Shown piece after piece: positions 62,722-64,000 of a stretch of 64,000 nt of DNA (position 1 is the first letter of the stretch; each line of letters starts with the position of its first letter). The position numbers and the translations under genes were made by a program. Origin of the DNA: Phoronis australis (lineage: Eukaryota; Animalia; Phoronida); the NCBI GenBank assembly GCA_002633005.1, contig NMRA01000106.1, forward strand, positions 291,655-355,654, in the 5' to 3' direction. The notes beneath the pieces are model-generated. The model was not told the origin of the DNA and ran no database searches. It saw only the letters and a program-made list of their open reading frames with translations.

Positions 62722-64000
62722 CTGAAAGTAATTGTGATCATGTCTTTCAGAGTTGCACTGTTCACACTTCAACTCGATAGTTTTCGAAAGATTAATGTTA
62801 TGTGACAGCTGAGAAAATGCACAATTTTGACTATTTGTGGAACACCATGTCTTGAAAATGGCCGATCGTATTCTACATGTAATGGCACTGTGTTAGGAAT
62901 TGGTTTTAAAGTTGTCCTCTTTGGATGGATTCGACATGTCAGTCAAGCTAAGAATAACAGTCAATCGGGTAGTGGGAACATGTAATGCAGATTAACGATA
63001 TCCAGCGAACGAACGAGGAAAAAATCTAGTATCGCTGATAAAAGTTCATAGTACTCTTTGCGGCCAAATGAATACACGACTGGACTACCATTGACGAACA
63101 ATCTCAACGTGAAATAAATTTGCCTTCATCATTCGTTTCACAACTATTTTATTTAATTTTCTTTAAAAATATCTGACATGAATAACCAGTTTAAAAATGG
63201 AACACGGAAACGTGTCCATGCCAACAACCCAACGCACTTTACGCTAGCTCACCAGGGGACATTAAAAACAACTTTCAAATGCAATGCATTGCGCGGAAGT
63301 AGTGTTTGCCATCAAGCAATTTATGCTCAAGTACGAAAAAGTACCGGAGCTCCTAATCTTGTAGCCGAGAATAAGAGTAGAATACAACGTAAAGTGTCTG
63401 ATAGTGATCAGACATGAGCATGCATGAACACTGACGTGTCAATAGGCTGGCGAAGTCTATGCAAGGCATAATATCGTACAGTATATACTACTGCTTGAAA
63501 TGGCCGGTTCTGGTGTTCATTTTGATAATGCGGCTCTGTATACTGTAGTTTCTGTGCAGTGAACTCAAAAACAAATCGTAGCTACAGTGTACGAAACTTT
63601 TGATGCTGCGGTACTCTTGCTACACTGGCTTTACGCTAGTGAACCGTCGCCACGGTGACAACTGAAGGCGTGACTTGACTGTGTTTGTTGGAACTAGAAA
63701 TTAAAACTCGAGTTTTTGCTCGAAATTTCGACTTTCTCCTCGAGTTTGTAGCTCAAATCTAGGAGGCTATCAAGCGTGATCGTGGATAAAACATATGAGT
63801 GAAAGCCTTAGTATGCTCGGTTACAGAAATGACTTGTATCAAGTTCACCCAAAAGTAGAGCGGAAAAAGGCAGAAATGATTTCGAGTTCTGATGTCCTTT
63901 TTCACGAAATAGGCATCAAGAAATTTTTTATGTCTTTTTCACGAAATTTTATTAATTCAGAACTTATATCGATAACACTGCTCAGTGCGCATGCATGCAA

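Noticed and set aside
63248-63350. Candidate first exon of the minus-strand receptor ending at CTG|gtgagc
   Set aside because: In the required phase it encodes only MSP after a stop, with no signal peptide. The true 5' end is left unresolved.

Overview
AT-rich eukaryotic genomic DNA with spliceosomal GT-AG introns, most likely from a marine invertebrate metazoan; no rRNA, intact tRNA or CRISPR array is visible. Splicing by hand gives four apparently intact genes for extracellular or cell-surface proteins: (1) a single-ORF EGF-YWTD-propeller type I receptor (11145-12647, +); (2) a six-exon secreted signal/propeptide-RKR/CCP/MAM protein (21061-29150, +); (3) a two-exon secreted orphan protein with a GxPG-rich core between two mirror-image four-Cys clusters (39901-42222, +); (4) at least 15 exons of a TSP1x5-LamGx2-Ig-TM receptor (62721-44584, -), whose 5' end is unresolved or lies outside the window. 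There is also a frameshifted LRR-Ig pseudogene with a hydrophobic tail (about 3230-4819) between two diverged direct repeats. Mobile DNA is abundant: a Helentron/DINE-1-type non-autonomous element carrying an array of co-oriented CTCF-like motifs (30711-32310), an internally deleted ISL2EU-like element with THAP and SWIM remnants (32727-34775), two large TTAA-flanked Kolobok-like elements inside introns, and several MITEs, micro- and minisatellites. All gene models were built by eye from reading-frame and splice-phase consistency; no database search was run.
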